Both the position numbers and the translations under genes were made by a program. Below are positions 41,651-53,700 of a DNA stretch of 64,000 bases, in pieces. The notes beneath the pieces were generated by a model. The model searched no databases, was not told the DNA's origin, and saw only the letters and a list, made by a program, of their open reading frames with translations. Location of the stretch: assembly GCF_009914755.1 (NCBI RefSeq), contig NC_060939.1. One strand, 5' to 3'. The DNA comes from the human T2T-CHM13v2.0 reference genome, Homo sapiens. Every line of letters begins with the position of its first letter. The stretch's first letter is position 1.

Positions 41651-43605
41651 CTTTTAAAAATAATTTTAACCTTTAATTTAGATTCAGGGGGTACATGTGC
41701 AGGTTTTTTATATGTGTATATTGCATGACGCTGAGGTTTGGGGTACAGTTAATCATGTCACCCAGGTACTGAGCATATTACTCAAAAGTCAGTTTTTCAC
41801 CCCTCACCTCCAGTTCTCCCTCCCCCTTCTAGTAGTCCCCATTGTCTATTGTTGCCATCTTTGTGTCCACGAGTACCCAGTGTTTAGCTCCCACTTATAA
41901 GTGAGAACATGCAGTATTTGGTTTTCTGTTCCTGTGTTAACTTGCTTAAGATAATGGCCTCTAGCTGCATCTGTGTTGCTGCAAAGGACATTATTTCATT
42001 CTTTTTATGGCTGCATAGTATTCCATGGTGTGCAAGTACCACATTTTCTTTATCCAGTCCACTGTCGATGTGAACCTATCTTTGCTATTGTGAATAGTGC
42101 TACGAATGAACATACATGTGCATGTGTCCTTTTGGTAGAATGATTTATTTTCCTTTGGGTATATGCCCAGTAATGGTATTGCTGGGTTGAATGGTAGTTT
42201 CGTTTTAAGTTCTTTGAGAAATCTCCAAACTGCTTTCCACAGCAGTCGAACTAATTTGCATTCCCACTAACAGTGCATAAGTGTTCTCTTTTCTCCACAG
42301 CCTCACCATTATCTGTTGTTTTTTGACTTTTTAATAATAGTCTTTCTGACTGGTGTGAGATGGTATCTCATTGTGGTTTTGATTTGCATTTCTCTGATGA
42401 TTAGAGATGTGGAGCATTTTTTTTGCATGTTTTTGGTTGCTTGTATGTCTTCTTTTGAAAAGTGTTTATTCATTTATTTTGCTCATTTTTCAATGGGGTT
42501 ATTTGTTTTTTGCTTGTGCAATTGTTTAAGTTCCTTGTAAATTCTGGATATTAGACCTTTGTTGGATGCATAGTTTGCAAATATTTTCTCCCATTCTGTG
42601 GAGTGTCTGTTGACTCTGTTGATAGTTTCTTTTGCTGTGCAGAAGCTCTTTAGTTTAATTAGGTCCCACTGCTCAAGTTTTTGTTTTTGTTGCCACTGCT
42701 TTTGAGGACTTAGTCATAAATTCTTTCCTAAGGCTGATGTCCAGAATGGTGTTTCCTGGGTTTTCTTCTAGAATTCTTATAGTTTGAGGTTTTATATTTA
42801 AATCTTTAATCCATCTTGAGTTAATTTTTGTATATGGTGGAAGGTGGTGGTCCAGTTTAATTCTTCTGCATGTGGCTAGCCAGCTATCCCTGTAGGTGTG
42901 CAGCTTTATTTCTGGGTTGTCTGTTCTGTTCCATTGGTCTACATACCTGTTTTTGTACCAGCACCATGATGTTTTAGTTACTGTAGCCTTATAGTACTGT
43001 TTGAAGTCGGGTAATATGATGCCTCCAGCTTTGTTCTTTTTGCTGGTGATTGCTTTGGCTATTTGGGCACTTTTTAGATTCCATATGAACTTTAGAATAG
43101 TTTTCTCTAGATCTGTGAAAAATGATGTTGCTAGTTTGATAAGGATGGTGTTGAATCTTTAGATTGCTTTGGGCAGTTTGGACATTTGAACGATATTGAT
43201 TCTTCCAATCCATGAGCATGGAATGTTTTTCCATTTGTTTGTATCATCTATGATTTCTTTCAGCAGCGTTTTGTACTTCTCCTCGTAGACATATTTCACT
43301 TCCTTGGTTAGATGCATTCGTAGGTAATTTTTTGTGTGGCTGTTGTAAACAGGATTGCATTCTTGATTTGGCTCTCAGCTTGAATGTTATTGGAGTATAG
43401 AAATGCTACTGATTTTTGCGCATTGATTTTGTATTCTGAAACTTTACTGAAGTTGCTTATCAGTTCTAGGAGCCTTTTGGTGGAGTCTCTAGGGTTTTCT
43501 AGGTATAGAATCATGTCATCAGTGAAGAGAAATACTTTCACTTCTTTTCCTATTTGGATTCCTTTTATTTCTTTCTCTTGTCTAATTGCTCTGGCTAGGA
43601 CTTCC
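41651..43605 (-). mobile_element. L1PA15/16-like, 5'-truncated (~2 kb)
   Basis: 3' UTR gattcagggggtacatgtgcagg; ORF 43308-43613(-) gives an ORF2 reverse-transcriptase remnant [32 protein letters not shown]; frames are disrupted. Confidence 0.92.
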
Positions 43606-43820
43606 TCTTCCACTCTCTTACTGGTATCTGTTGGTCAGTGGAAGTTCTTAATTTTAGTGTAGTCAAGTTTATCCTTCTTTTCCGTATATGGTAAGTATCT
43701 ATACGTGTAAGTGTTTATACGTAGCTGTTTTAGACATCTTTTTCAATCCCAGATTATGAAGCTACTCTTTATTTCATCTTCTAAAGCTTTATAGTTTTGT
43801 TTTTCACATTTAGTATTGTA

Positions 43821-44320
43821 AGTCAAGAACTGTGGAGTGTCTGAAATTTTGCCTTACTTGCAAGCTAACAAGTTAGCCTGCCTTAGTGTCACGAATGTTG
43901 CCAGAAGACACAAGACTCCGGGTCAGAGGGTCGGAGACAAATGACTTTGCCAGAGTATCGGCATCTTCTTGTGCCAGTTCCCAGAGCCCAAATTCCTACA
44001 GAGCAAATGTGTAGAGGGTCAGGTGACTTGTACACCTGGAGTGAACTGTGTTAGAGGTGAGGAGCCCTGAGGCTAGGGAACCCAAATCTTTTATAATGGG
44101 CTGTAAGCTTGCCTGACCTTTGCCCAGAGGGAGAAATTGTCTTTATATACTGGACAGTAAACAAGTCTGTCATTTTCCTTGGGGAGAGACACTATATCTT
44201 CTAAGACTGTTTGCCATACAAATATCCTTTGAAGAGATAGCAAAGAACAAAAAAAAGCAGAGTGTCTGCCTTCAAGACTTGCAGAAACATGAGGGATTTA
44301 GGGAAAACTGTCTCCCCTAA
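43821..44320 (-). mobile_element. MER89-like ERV1 solo LTR
   Basis: gtcaagaactgtg...cttgcaagctaacaagttagcctgcc...cagaagacacaagactcc; other end gcagaaacatgag..aactgtctccc. Confidence 0.7.
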
Positions 44321-44662
44321 GGTGTAATCCACCTGTTAGTAATTTGCGTGTGGTGAGAGGTAATTTCCGTCATTTTCTATGCTGAAACTCAATTATCCCA
44401 GCATCATGCCTTGGAAAAGTGGGAGAAAGCTGTCTTCCAAGAGATAGGTGCTGGTGAATTAGACTGAGGTTGCTGCAGTGGAGGTGAGGAGTGGGTACAG
44501 ACTGAGCTACATGCTTCAGAGATGACAGAGCTCCATGGGCTGTTGGGTTGTTGAGGAAGGGGCTGAAGGAAGGACAAGTGTCAGGAGTAAGAGTCTTCTT
44601 CGTTGAGTCTTAAAATGTATTGTGTCCCTAGAGAGGAAAAACAATCATTTAAAATAGGCCTT

Positions 44663-44870
44663 TACTGTATTGAATACTGGAAATTTGCTAAGATGGTAGA
44701 TTTTAGATGCTCTTACCTCTCCCACCCACCCCCACAACACAGATAACTATGTGAGATGACAGATATGTTAATTGGCTTGAGTGTAGTAATCATTTCACTA
44801 TCTATATGTATATTAAAACATTATGTTGTGTATCTTAAACATATGCAATAAAAATTAAGCAAAAAATAAA
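44663..44870 (+). mobile_element. L1MA8/9-like 3' end
   Basis: tactggaaatttgctaaga..gtagatttta, aactatgtgagatgacagatatgttaatt; flanks aaataggcc/aaaaaggcc. Confidence 0.85.
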
Positions 44871-45157
44871 AAGGCCCGTATTTCTCTTAACCTGTTAAAT
44901 ACTCGGTATAAATTTGAATTTAGAATCTGAAGTGGATCATGCACCTGGAATTCCTGCGTGTCCAGCTGGCCTCTTTCTGAGGTGTGTTTCCTCTTACTGA
45001 TATTTATTCTTCCCTTTCCAGTCTGAAAAGCAGTCTCCATGGCAGAATAATTGGTAACCAAATGTAGATCTATCTGCAATGGAAAGTGACATTTTGTGAG
45101 CAAAACCTCAACTTTTTAACAAAAGAAAACAAACCGTAGAGCAAAGGAGATTTTCTT

Positions 45158-45613
45158 TCATTAGCCAGGGTCCAGTTAGGATACAGGAACCGTGCTAAGT
45201 ATTTCACATGGAAGGGATTTCATACAGGGATCTGGCTATACAGGGTCTGAAAGTTTGAAAAAATTAAAAATGGACACTACCTTTAGGTGCTGGGTGACAA
45301 AAGGGAAGAGGTGGCAATATAAAATCTAGGTGCTCAGAGAAGGAGTTACCTTGGATGGTGCTGAGGATGGGGAGGGGAGAGCTGGGAATGGAATGGCCCA
45401 GGAGATACCACAGCGCTCCTGCTTTACCCGCTGCTGGAAGGATGACCGTCAAGGCTAAAAGCAGGAACACAGTCCTTTCTTCCCAGCTCCTTCTTTCCAC
45501 TGTCACAACATAACCAGAAGCCAGCAGCAAGGAAGCCTGAGAAATGTAGATTGCAGAGTAGAATCACTGAGTGGAGGTTGGGGCTGAGAGACAATAGGCA
45601 AATAACCAGCACA
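45158..45613 (-). mobile_element. Old LTR (LTR78-like)
   Basis: ttagccagggtccagttagg..cagg start and gggctgagagacaataggcaaataaccagcaca end. Confidence 0.5.
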
Positions 45614-45879
45614 GAGTCTAAGCAGCAAACCGTTCAGATTAGCTCCTCCTACAACAATGTGAAAATTGGAATGCTCATTTTGTTGCTACTTCTAGGAACT
45701 GTGGCCCGTGGGTCAGTTGGGAATTAATGGCAAATAAAGGAGATTCTGGGGCAGTGTTTGCTTATGTGTTGTGTCTGATTAATTTCCAAAATCAAGCTGA
45801 ATTAATTTTGGATTTATATGCATTCATTTTTGAGGTCAAGGCTAGAGGTCATAATATCTGAGGTCTCATTCTCGCCACT

Positions 45880-46185
45880 TTTCCTATTGCTGGAATAGTG
45901 GTGCTATGTCGGGGAGAGGACACAGAGAGGAACAGGCACTGAGAAAGGGAGGGAAATAGTGGGTTCAGAATTGGGACATCCAGGAGGCAGCTGGAAACGT
46001 GAGTCTGGAACTCTTGGGTGAGATTTGGGGCTAAAGATAACAATTTGGGTGCTTGATGGTAAGCACATCCTTTGAGAGTATATGCAGTTTCCCAGGAGAG
46101 AATGTGGGAGAAGAGTTGAGGGAAGGGTTGAAAACCTTGGAGGACACCAACATTTTCAAAGTTAGAGGAGCCAGCAGAGGCGAGC
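45880..46185 (-). mobile_element. L2 fragment
   Basis: ggaggcagctgga...gagtctggaactc...gagatttggggct, ccttggaggacaccaacattt. Confidence 0.65.
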
Positions 46186-49100
46186 TCATCCTAATGGAGA
46201 TCACTTCGTTCAAGCAGATTATTTGCTTGAAACTTTCATCTTTGGTATTATTTGCACTGTAGTGGAATGAACAACCATAATGTGAGTTTAAAACCCAGAT
46301 ACCAAAATATTGTTTGTTTATAGTCTCCCTCAAACTCCATCTTCCGTAAGTGCTGGTGTGGGGATTATGTACCTCTTCACTTCTCTTCTCTGCACTGTTG
46401 ATAAAGGAAGAGGCAGGTTTTGCTGACCACATTTTGGCAAATCTGTTGGCTCTTTCTTGGGCATTCCCATGCTCATGGTCACAATACTGTTACTACGTTA
46501 ATTTAACTCTAGAATTGAGTTTAAGCCACTAATCACAATTTCTTTTTCTTGCTTTGTCATTATAGCTGCTTTTTGAAAAGCAAAATTACTAAATTTCTTA
46601 AGTCAATAATTTCAGGTTGACAAAGAAGAGGCAAAATATATGCAGGCTTTAAAACATGCTCTGAGACCACAGAAGGGTCTTTTTCTGATCCAAATATCCT
46701 ATTAAAACTGTGTGACTATAGGAAAAAGTCTGTGTAGGCTAGAGCAAGTTCAGTTGAAAACCTATTTTTAAAAACACTTAAATAATTACCTTTCATCCTA
46801 AATCATAGACATGGTCAGCATTGTAAGAAAAGCTGATACACCCAAATCTGAATATATATGACAAATAGATCATTAACACCCTTTCATTTTACCAAAGTAT
46901 TCTTTGATAGTGCCTTTAAATAAGCCAGTTTCTAAAGTAAATTTAAAATGTCTTCAATTATAAAAAATAGATTTACATGTGATGTTTCAAGGACATATCT
47001 TGTGAAGGAAGTACAGTTGTAAAGTGTTGAGCAAAGTCATGAAAGTTTTCACAAGAAGGAAAAGAATAACATTTATTTCTACCTTTTCTTTTTTCTTATC
47101 AGCATCTCAAAATAGACCAACAGTATATTCCATTGTTACTATTTATTTGCTGCAATACAAATGACATCTCATTTGATTTTAGCCCTTTAACCTTGAGCTA
47201 AAATGACCCTGTGGAAACAAATGAGCACTGTAGAGACACCTGCCCCTCAGAAGAGTTTGGAAGGGCAGAGTTCTGTGGGAGAGTTTGCCTAGGAAGTGGT
47301 GCGGGGTGGGCTGCCCGGGAAGGGTGTGTGGAGTAGAGACCAAGAAGGGGCTGAACGCCATCTCCCAGGAAGCTTCCCAAGACTGACTTTTCTTATATGT
47401 GGCCTCCAGGCAGAGGTGGGGAAATCCCCAAGCCTTCCCAGAGGGCAGTGAGGCTTTCTCACCTTAACTTTTGAGTTAGGAATTAGTTCACATTAGCAGT
47501 TTTTGGCTCCCTGAGGCTGAGATTGGGGAGCTTTTCTGAAATCATGGAAATTTCTGGCCCTTATCTCTAGATGAAGATCCCACCTTAATTTTATGTATCC
47601 AACATAGCCTAAACTATTGTTCTTTTTTTCTGTCTCTGTCTTCCTTTCCCCCTGCCTCCCTCCTTCTCTCTCTTCTTTCTTTCTTTCCTTCTTCTCATTT
47701 CCCAGTGGTCTGGTCTCCAAAAACAAATGAATGTGTGAAATCAGTGAGGATTCTTCTCCCTGGAAACAATGTGTTGTTGGCAAAAGCAACAACTGCCTCT
47801 GCAAACATCAAAATCCTCCAAAAGAGTGAATGGGGAAGATCATATTTGGTGTTCAGCAATCTAAAAAAAAAAAAAAAAACAGACAGCAAAAACCCAGAGG
47901 AAGTGAAGAAAGTTAGTAGGAACTGGTCATACTATACAGATGATTTCTTCTCCACCTGTTTGGAAGTTTTGCTTAAGTCTGGCTTTTCTTGCAGTATTAG
48001 GAAGTGAATATGGTTGGTGTAAGAGAAGGTGACAGTGGATACTATACGCAGGGAGCTCTGTGGAGCCTTGCAGCCCTGCAAGTTTTTATTTGCAAGGTGT
48101 TGGTTGAATCAGCCTTTCCTCCTAAAAGTTTCAGCACATACAAGTTGCTGACTTATTGGCTGTTTTCTTCTTTTAACCCAAATTCTGTATTCTTAGTTGT
48201 GTTGTCATGAAGGATGCATCTTCTCATTTTCAAAGTGAAATCAAATGGATCCATGCCTTTCACATGTAACTTTCTGTTCAACTGCTTAAAATTATTTTTA
48301 TTGATCCATAACATTTGTACATGTTTATGGAATACATGTAATATTTTGCTACATGCATACTGTAATGGTCAAGCCAGGGTATTTAGGGTATCTATCGCCT
48401 TTGTATTTATCATTTCCATGTGTTGGGAACATTTCAGGTCATTCTCTTCTAGCTATTTTGAAACATACAATACATTGTTGTTAATTATAGTCACCCTACT
48501 CTGTTATCGAACATTAAAACTTATTCTATCTAACTGTATGTTTGCACTCATTAGCTAACCTTTCTTCATCCCCTCACCCCGCAACACACCCTTCCCAGCA
48601 TCTAGTAACTGTCATTCTGTTCTGCCTCCATGAGATCAGTTGTTTTAGCTCCCAAATATGAGTGAGAATATATGATGTTTTTCTTTGTGCCTGACTTATT
48701 TTACTTGACATAATGACCTCCATTTCCAACCATGTTGCTGCAAATAACAGGATTTTATTCTTTTTTATGGTTGAATAGTATTCCATTGTGTATATATTCC
48801 ACACTTTCTTTATCCATTTATTTGTTGATGAACACATGATTCTGTGTCTTTGCCATTGTTAATGGTGTTGCAGTAAACATGGGAGTGCATGTATCTCTTT
48901 GATATACTGATTTCTTTTCCTTTGAATAAATACCAAATAGTGGGATTGTTGGATTGTATGGTAGTTCTATTTTTAGTTTTTTGAGAAATCTCCATACTGT
49001 TTTCCATAATGGCTGTATTAATTTACATTCCCACCAGCAGTGTATGAGAGTTCTCTTTTTTTCATGTTATTAGCGTCTGTTATTTTTTGTCTTTTTGTTG

Positions 49101-49258
49101 ATAGCCATTCGAATTTGATAAGATATCTCTATTGTGTTTTTGATTTGCATTTCCCTGATGATTAGTGATGGTGAGCATTTTTTCATATATCTTTTAGCCA
49201 CTTGTATATCTTCTTTTGAGAAATGTCTATTCAATATGCTATTTTAAATGAGATTCTT

Positions 49259-49264
<6 letters not shown>

Positions 49265-49296
<32 letters not shown>
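49265..49296 (+). repeat. (TG)16 microsatellite inside L1MA
   Basis: Read directly. Confidence 0.95.
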
Positions 49297-49300
<4 letters not shown>

Positions 49301-50061
49301 GCTGTGGAGTTGAGTTTCTTTGTAAATTCTGGATATTAGTTTCTTGTTAGATGAATAGTTTGTGAATATGTTCTCCCATTCAACAGGTTGCCTCTTCATT
49401 CTGTTGATTGTTTCCTTTGATGTGCAAAAACTTTTTACTTTAATATAGTTCTATTTGTTTAATTCTGTTTTTCTTACCCATGCTTCTGAGATCTTAGCCA
49501 TAAAATGTTTGCCTAGAACAATGCCCTGGAGTGTTTCCCCTGAGTTTTCTTCTGGTAGTTCATAGTTTGGGGTCTTATGTTTAAGTCTTAAATCTATTTT
49601 GAGTTGATTTTGGGATATGGTGAGAGATAGGGATCCAATTTCATTCTTCTGCATATGGATACCGAGTTTTCCGAGCATCATTTATTGAAGAGGGTGTCCT
49701 TTCCCCAATGTATGTTCTGGGCATCTCTGTAAAAAATCAGTTGGCTGTACATATGTGGATTTATTTCTGGGTTCTCTATTCGTGTTCTGTTGGTCTGTGT
49801 GACTATTTATATGCTGATACCGTGATGCTTTGATTACTATAGTTCTGTAATTTTTTTGACATCAGGTAGTGTGATGCTTCTAGCTTTGTTATTTTTGCTC
49901 AGGATTGCATTGGCTATTTGGGCTCTTTTTTGGTTCCATATGAATTTTATGACTGATGTTTCTATTTCTATAAAAAATGTCATTGGTATTTTAATAGGGA
50001 TTGCACTGAATATGTAGATTGCTTTAGGTAGTATGTTCATTTTAACAGTACTAATTCTTCC

Positions 50062-50739
50062 TGGCTATTATTAAAAAGTCAAAAAAATCACAGATGCTGG
50101 TGAGGTTGAGGAGAAAAAGGAACACTTATATACTGTTGGTGGAATTAGTTCAATCATTGTGGAAAGCAGTGTGGTGATTCCTCAGAGAGCTAAAAATAGA
50201 GCTGCCATTTGGCCCAGCAATCCCATTACTGGGGTATATCCAGATAAACATAAATTGTTCTATCATAAAGACACATGCACACATATGTTCAATGCAACAC
50301 TATTTGCAATAGCAAAGGCATGGAATCAACCTAAATGCCCATCAGTGCTAGATTGAATAAAGAAAATGTGGTACATACATACCACGGAATACTATGCAGC
50401 CTTAAAAAAGAGTGAGATCATGTCATTTGCAGGAGCATAAATGGAGCTGGAGGCCATTATCGTTAACAAAGTAACACAGGAACAAAAAACCAAAAACTGC
50501 ATGTTCCCACTCATGAGTGGGAGCTAAATGATGAGAACACATGGACTCTTAGAGGGGAACAGCAGACACTGGGCCTTCCAGAGGGTGGAGGGTTGAAGGA
50601 AGGAGAGGATCAGGAAAAATAACTAATGGGTACTAGGCTTAATACTTGGGTGATGAAATAATCTGTACAAAAAACCCCTGTGACAGGAGTTTGTCATATA
50701 ACAAACCTGCACATGTACCCCTGAACTTAAAAAAAACCA
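50062..50739 (+). mobile_element. L1PA13-like 3' fragment nested antisense in L1MA
   Basis: gaggatcaggaaaaataactaatgggtactaggcttaatac 3' UTR; TSD aacagtactaattcttc (50044-50060) versus aaccatattaattcttc (50740-50756). Confidence 0.9.
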
Positions 50740-53700
50740 AACCATATTAATTCTTCTAACTCATGATCATAGGATGTCTTTCCATTTGCTTGTGTCCTCT
50801 TCAATTTCTTTCATCAATGTTTTGTAATTTTCCTTGTAGAGATCTTTCACCTCCTTGGTTAAATGTATTCCTAGGTATTTCTTTGGTAACTATTGTAAAT
50901 GGGATTGCCTTCTTGATTTCTTTTTCAGCTATTTATTATAGGCGTAAAGAAATGCTACTGATTTTTGCAGGTTGATTTTGTAGCCTGAAACTGTACTGAA
51001 TTTATCAGATCTTAGAGTTTTTTGGTGTAGTCTTTAGGTTTTTCTAAATATAAGATTTTGTCATCTGTAAAGAGAAACAGTTTGACTTCCTCTTTTCCAA
51101 TTTGGATGTAGCTATTGGATGAAATGTTCTGTAAATGTCTGTTAGGTTCATTTGGTCTAAAGTGTAGTTTAAATCCAATGTTTCTTTGTTAATTTTTTGC
51201 CTAGATAATCTGTCTAATGTTGATAGTGGGATAAAGTCTTCCACTATTATTGTATTGGAGTCTAACTCTCCCTTTAGATATAATAATATTTGCTTTATAT
51301 ATCTGGGTGCTTCGGTTTTGGTGCACATACATTTAGATTTATTATTTCATTTTCTTTATTGATCCCCTTATCATTATATAATGATGTTCTTTGTTTCCTT
51401 TTACTGTTTTTGACTTAAAGTCTGTTTTATCTGACATAAATATAGCTATTCCTGCTCACTTTTGGTTTCTGTTTGTGCAGAATACCTTTTTCCATCCCTT
51501 TACTTTTAGTTTATATGTGTCTTTACAGGTGAAATGAGTTTCTTATGGGTGGCATATAGTTGGCTAATGTTTTTTAATTCAGCCAGTCTATATTTTTTAA
51601 GTGGAATATTTACTCTGTTTACTTTCAAGGTTATTATTGATATGCGAGGACTTATTGTCATAATTTTGTTAATTGTCATTTGGTTTTGTGGTTCTTTGTT
51701 CCTTTCTTTCTCTCTTAGTGTTTATCATTGCCACTTGCAGGTCTTCTGTAGTGGTAACATTTGAATCTCTTTTTTTTTCCTCATTTGGGTGTTTGCTCTA
51801 CCAGTGAGTTTTATTCTTTTGTGTGTTTTCATGATGGTAGATATCATACTCTCACTTCCAGATTTAGGGCTCCGTTAAGCATTTCTTACAGAGCTGGACT
51901 AGTGGTGATGAATTATCTTGTTTTTGCTTGTCTGGAAAAGACTTTATTTCTCCTTATTTTATGAAGGATAACTTTGCTAGGTATAGTATTTTTGGCTGTC
52001 AGCTTTTTTCTCTTTCAGCACTTTGAACATAAACCTCAAGCTTATTCTCTCCTTGCTTGTAATCTTTCTGCTTAGAAATCTGCTATTAGTCTGATGGGGG
52101 GCAGTTCCCTTATGTGACTAGATGCTTTTCTCTTGATGTTTTTAGAAATCTCTGTCTATCTTTGGCTTTTGACAGTATGCTACAGAGAAGACCTTTTTAG
52201 GTTATATCCATATCTATTTGGGGATCTCTGAGATTCCTGTATCTGGATGTCTTAATCTCTTGCTAGACTTGGGAAGTTTTCAGCTGTTATTTTGTTGAAT
52301 ACGTTTTCTATGCCTTTGTCTTTCTCTTCATTTTCTGGATCATCCAGAATTTGAATATTTGGTCACTTTATGGCATCCCATATGTCATGTAGGCTTTGTT
52401 GATTCTTATTCATTCCTTTTTCCTTTTTCTTTTTTGTCTGATTGGGTTATTTCAAAACATTTGTCTTTAAGTTCTGGAATTCGTATGCTTAATCTAGTCT
52501 ATTGTTGAACCTCTTGAATAAATTTTTTATTTCATGTATTGAATTCTTCAGTTCCAGGATTTCTGTTTTGTTCTTTTTTTCATATCTGTCTCTTTAGTGA
52601 ATTTCTCATTCACATTCTGAATTGTTTTTCTGGTATCTTTGTATTGTTTATCTGTGTGCTGTTGTGTCTTACTGAGCTTCCTTAATAACATTATTTTGAT
52701 TTTTTTCTGATATTTAAAAAATTTCTATTTCATTGGAATCTGTTGCTAGAAAACTATTGTGTTCCTTTGGAGGTGTCATATTTCCTTGCTCTTTCATGTT
52801 TCTTGTGTTTTTATGTTGATATCTGCACATCTGATGTAACAGTCACTTCTTCCATTTTTTTGGATTGGCTTTAGAGGGGGAAGACTTTTTCCTGAAGATG
52901 TGTTTATGTTGATGGTTAGGTATAGTGCCTTAGCTTTGATTCTGGGTGCAGGCATTGGTGTAGTCTCGGTATGATTTATTTGATTGTGAACAGCATGGTG
53001 TCTGTGATTGTCTCAGTGGCCTGGCTGTGGTTGTTAGTGGATGCTGTGGTGATGCTTTGCTGGGGATGCCTTTGCTGGCCCCAGCAGGTGGGCCAGTCCT
53101 TTGTGCCCAGTGGTGGCAGTGGTGGGCCAATTATGCCAGCCATTAGGCTGCTGGGCAGTGTACATGGGCACCAGTGTTAGCAGATCCAGGCAGGCTGATT
53201 CTTGGGCCTCCAGGTGGCTTGCTCAGATTCCAGCAGTGGCAGCAGTGGGCTGGATGAGTGGGCAGGTCCTGGGGCCCCTGGGCAGTGTGTGTGGCATGGG
53301 AGATAGTAGTACCAGTGGCAGGACAACCCTTAGGCTTCCAGGCAGTTAGTGATGTTAGTGATGGTTGTGATGGGCTGGGTGGCCCCTCCTCAGGTCCCCA
53401 GGAGTACAAAGATACCAGTGGTGGTGGACTGGGTAGAGTGATCCGCAGGCCCCTGGGTGATGTACTCAGGCACTCAAGTCAGGGGTGGTTGTGCCAGGCT
53501 AGGTGGTCCTGTCCTTAACCTTCTGATGGTATGCACGAGTGCAGGCTGTGGTGGGACAATCTGTGGTGGTGGGTGGGGAGAGCTTGTCCCCAAGGTGCAG
53601 ATAAGTGCGCAGCATCCCTGCTGCTCAGTGGGTGGGGCGGGGGTGGGGTGGCTGTTAGTGGGAGTGACCCTAGGCATTTGGGCAGCTTTCAGGCTCTTGG

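Noticed and set aside
43308-43613. ORF with a reverse-transcriptase motif (FTDD)
   Set aside because: It is a fragment of a truncated, frame-disrupted L1 ORF2, not an intact CDS or a novel RT system.
45833-45851. Two AGGTCA half-sites
   Set aside because: A 7-bp spacing is not a standard nuclear-receptor element; likely chance.
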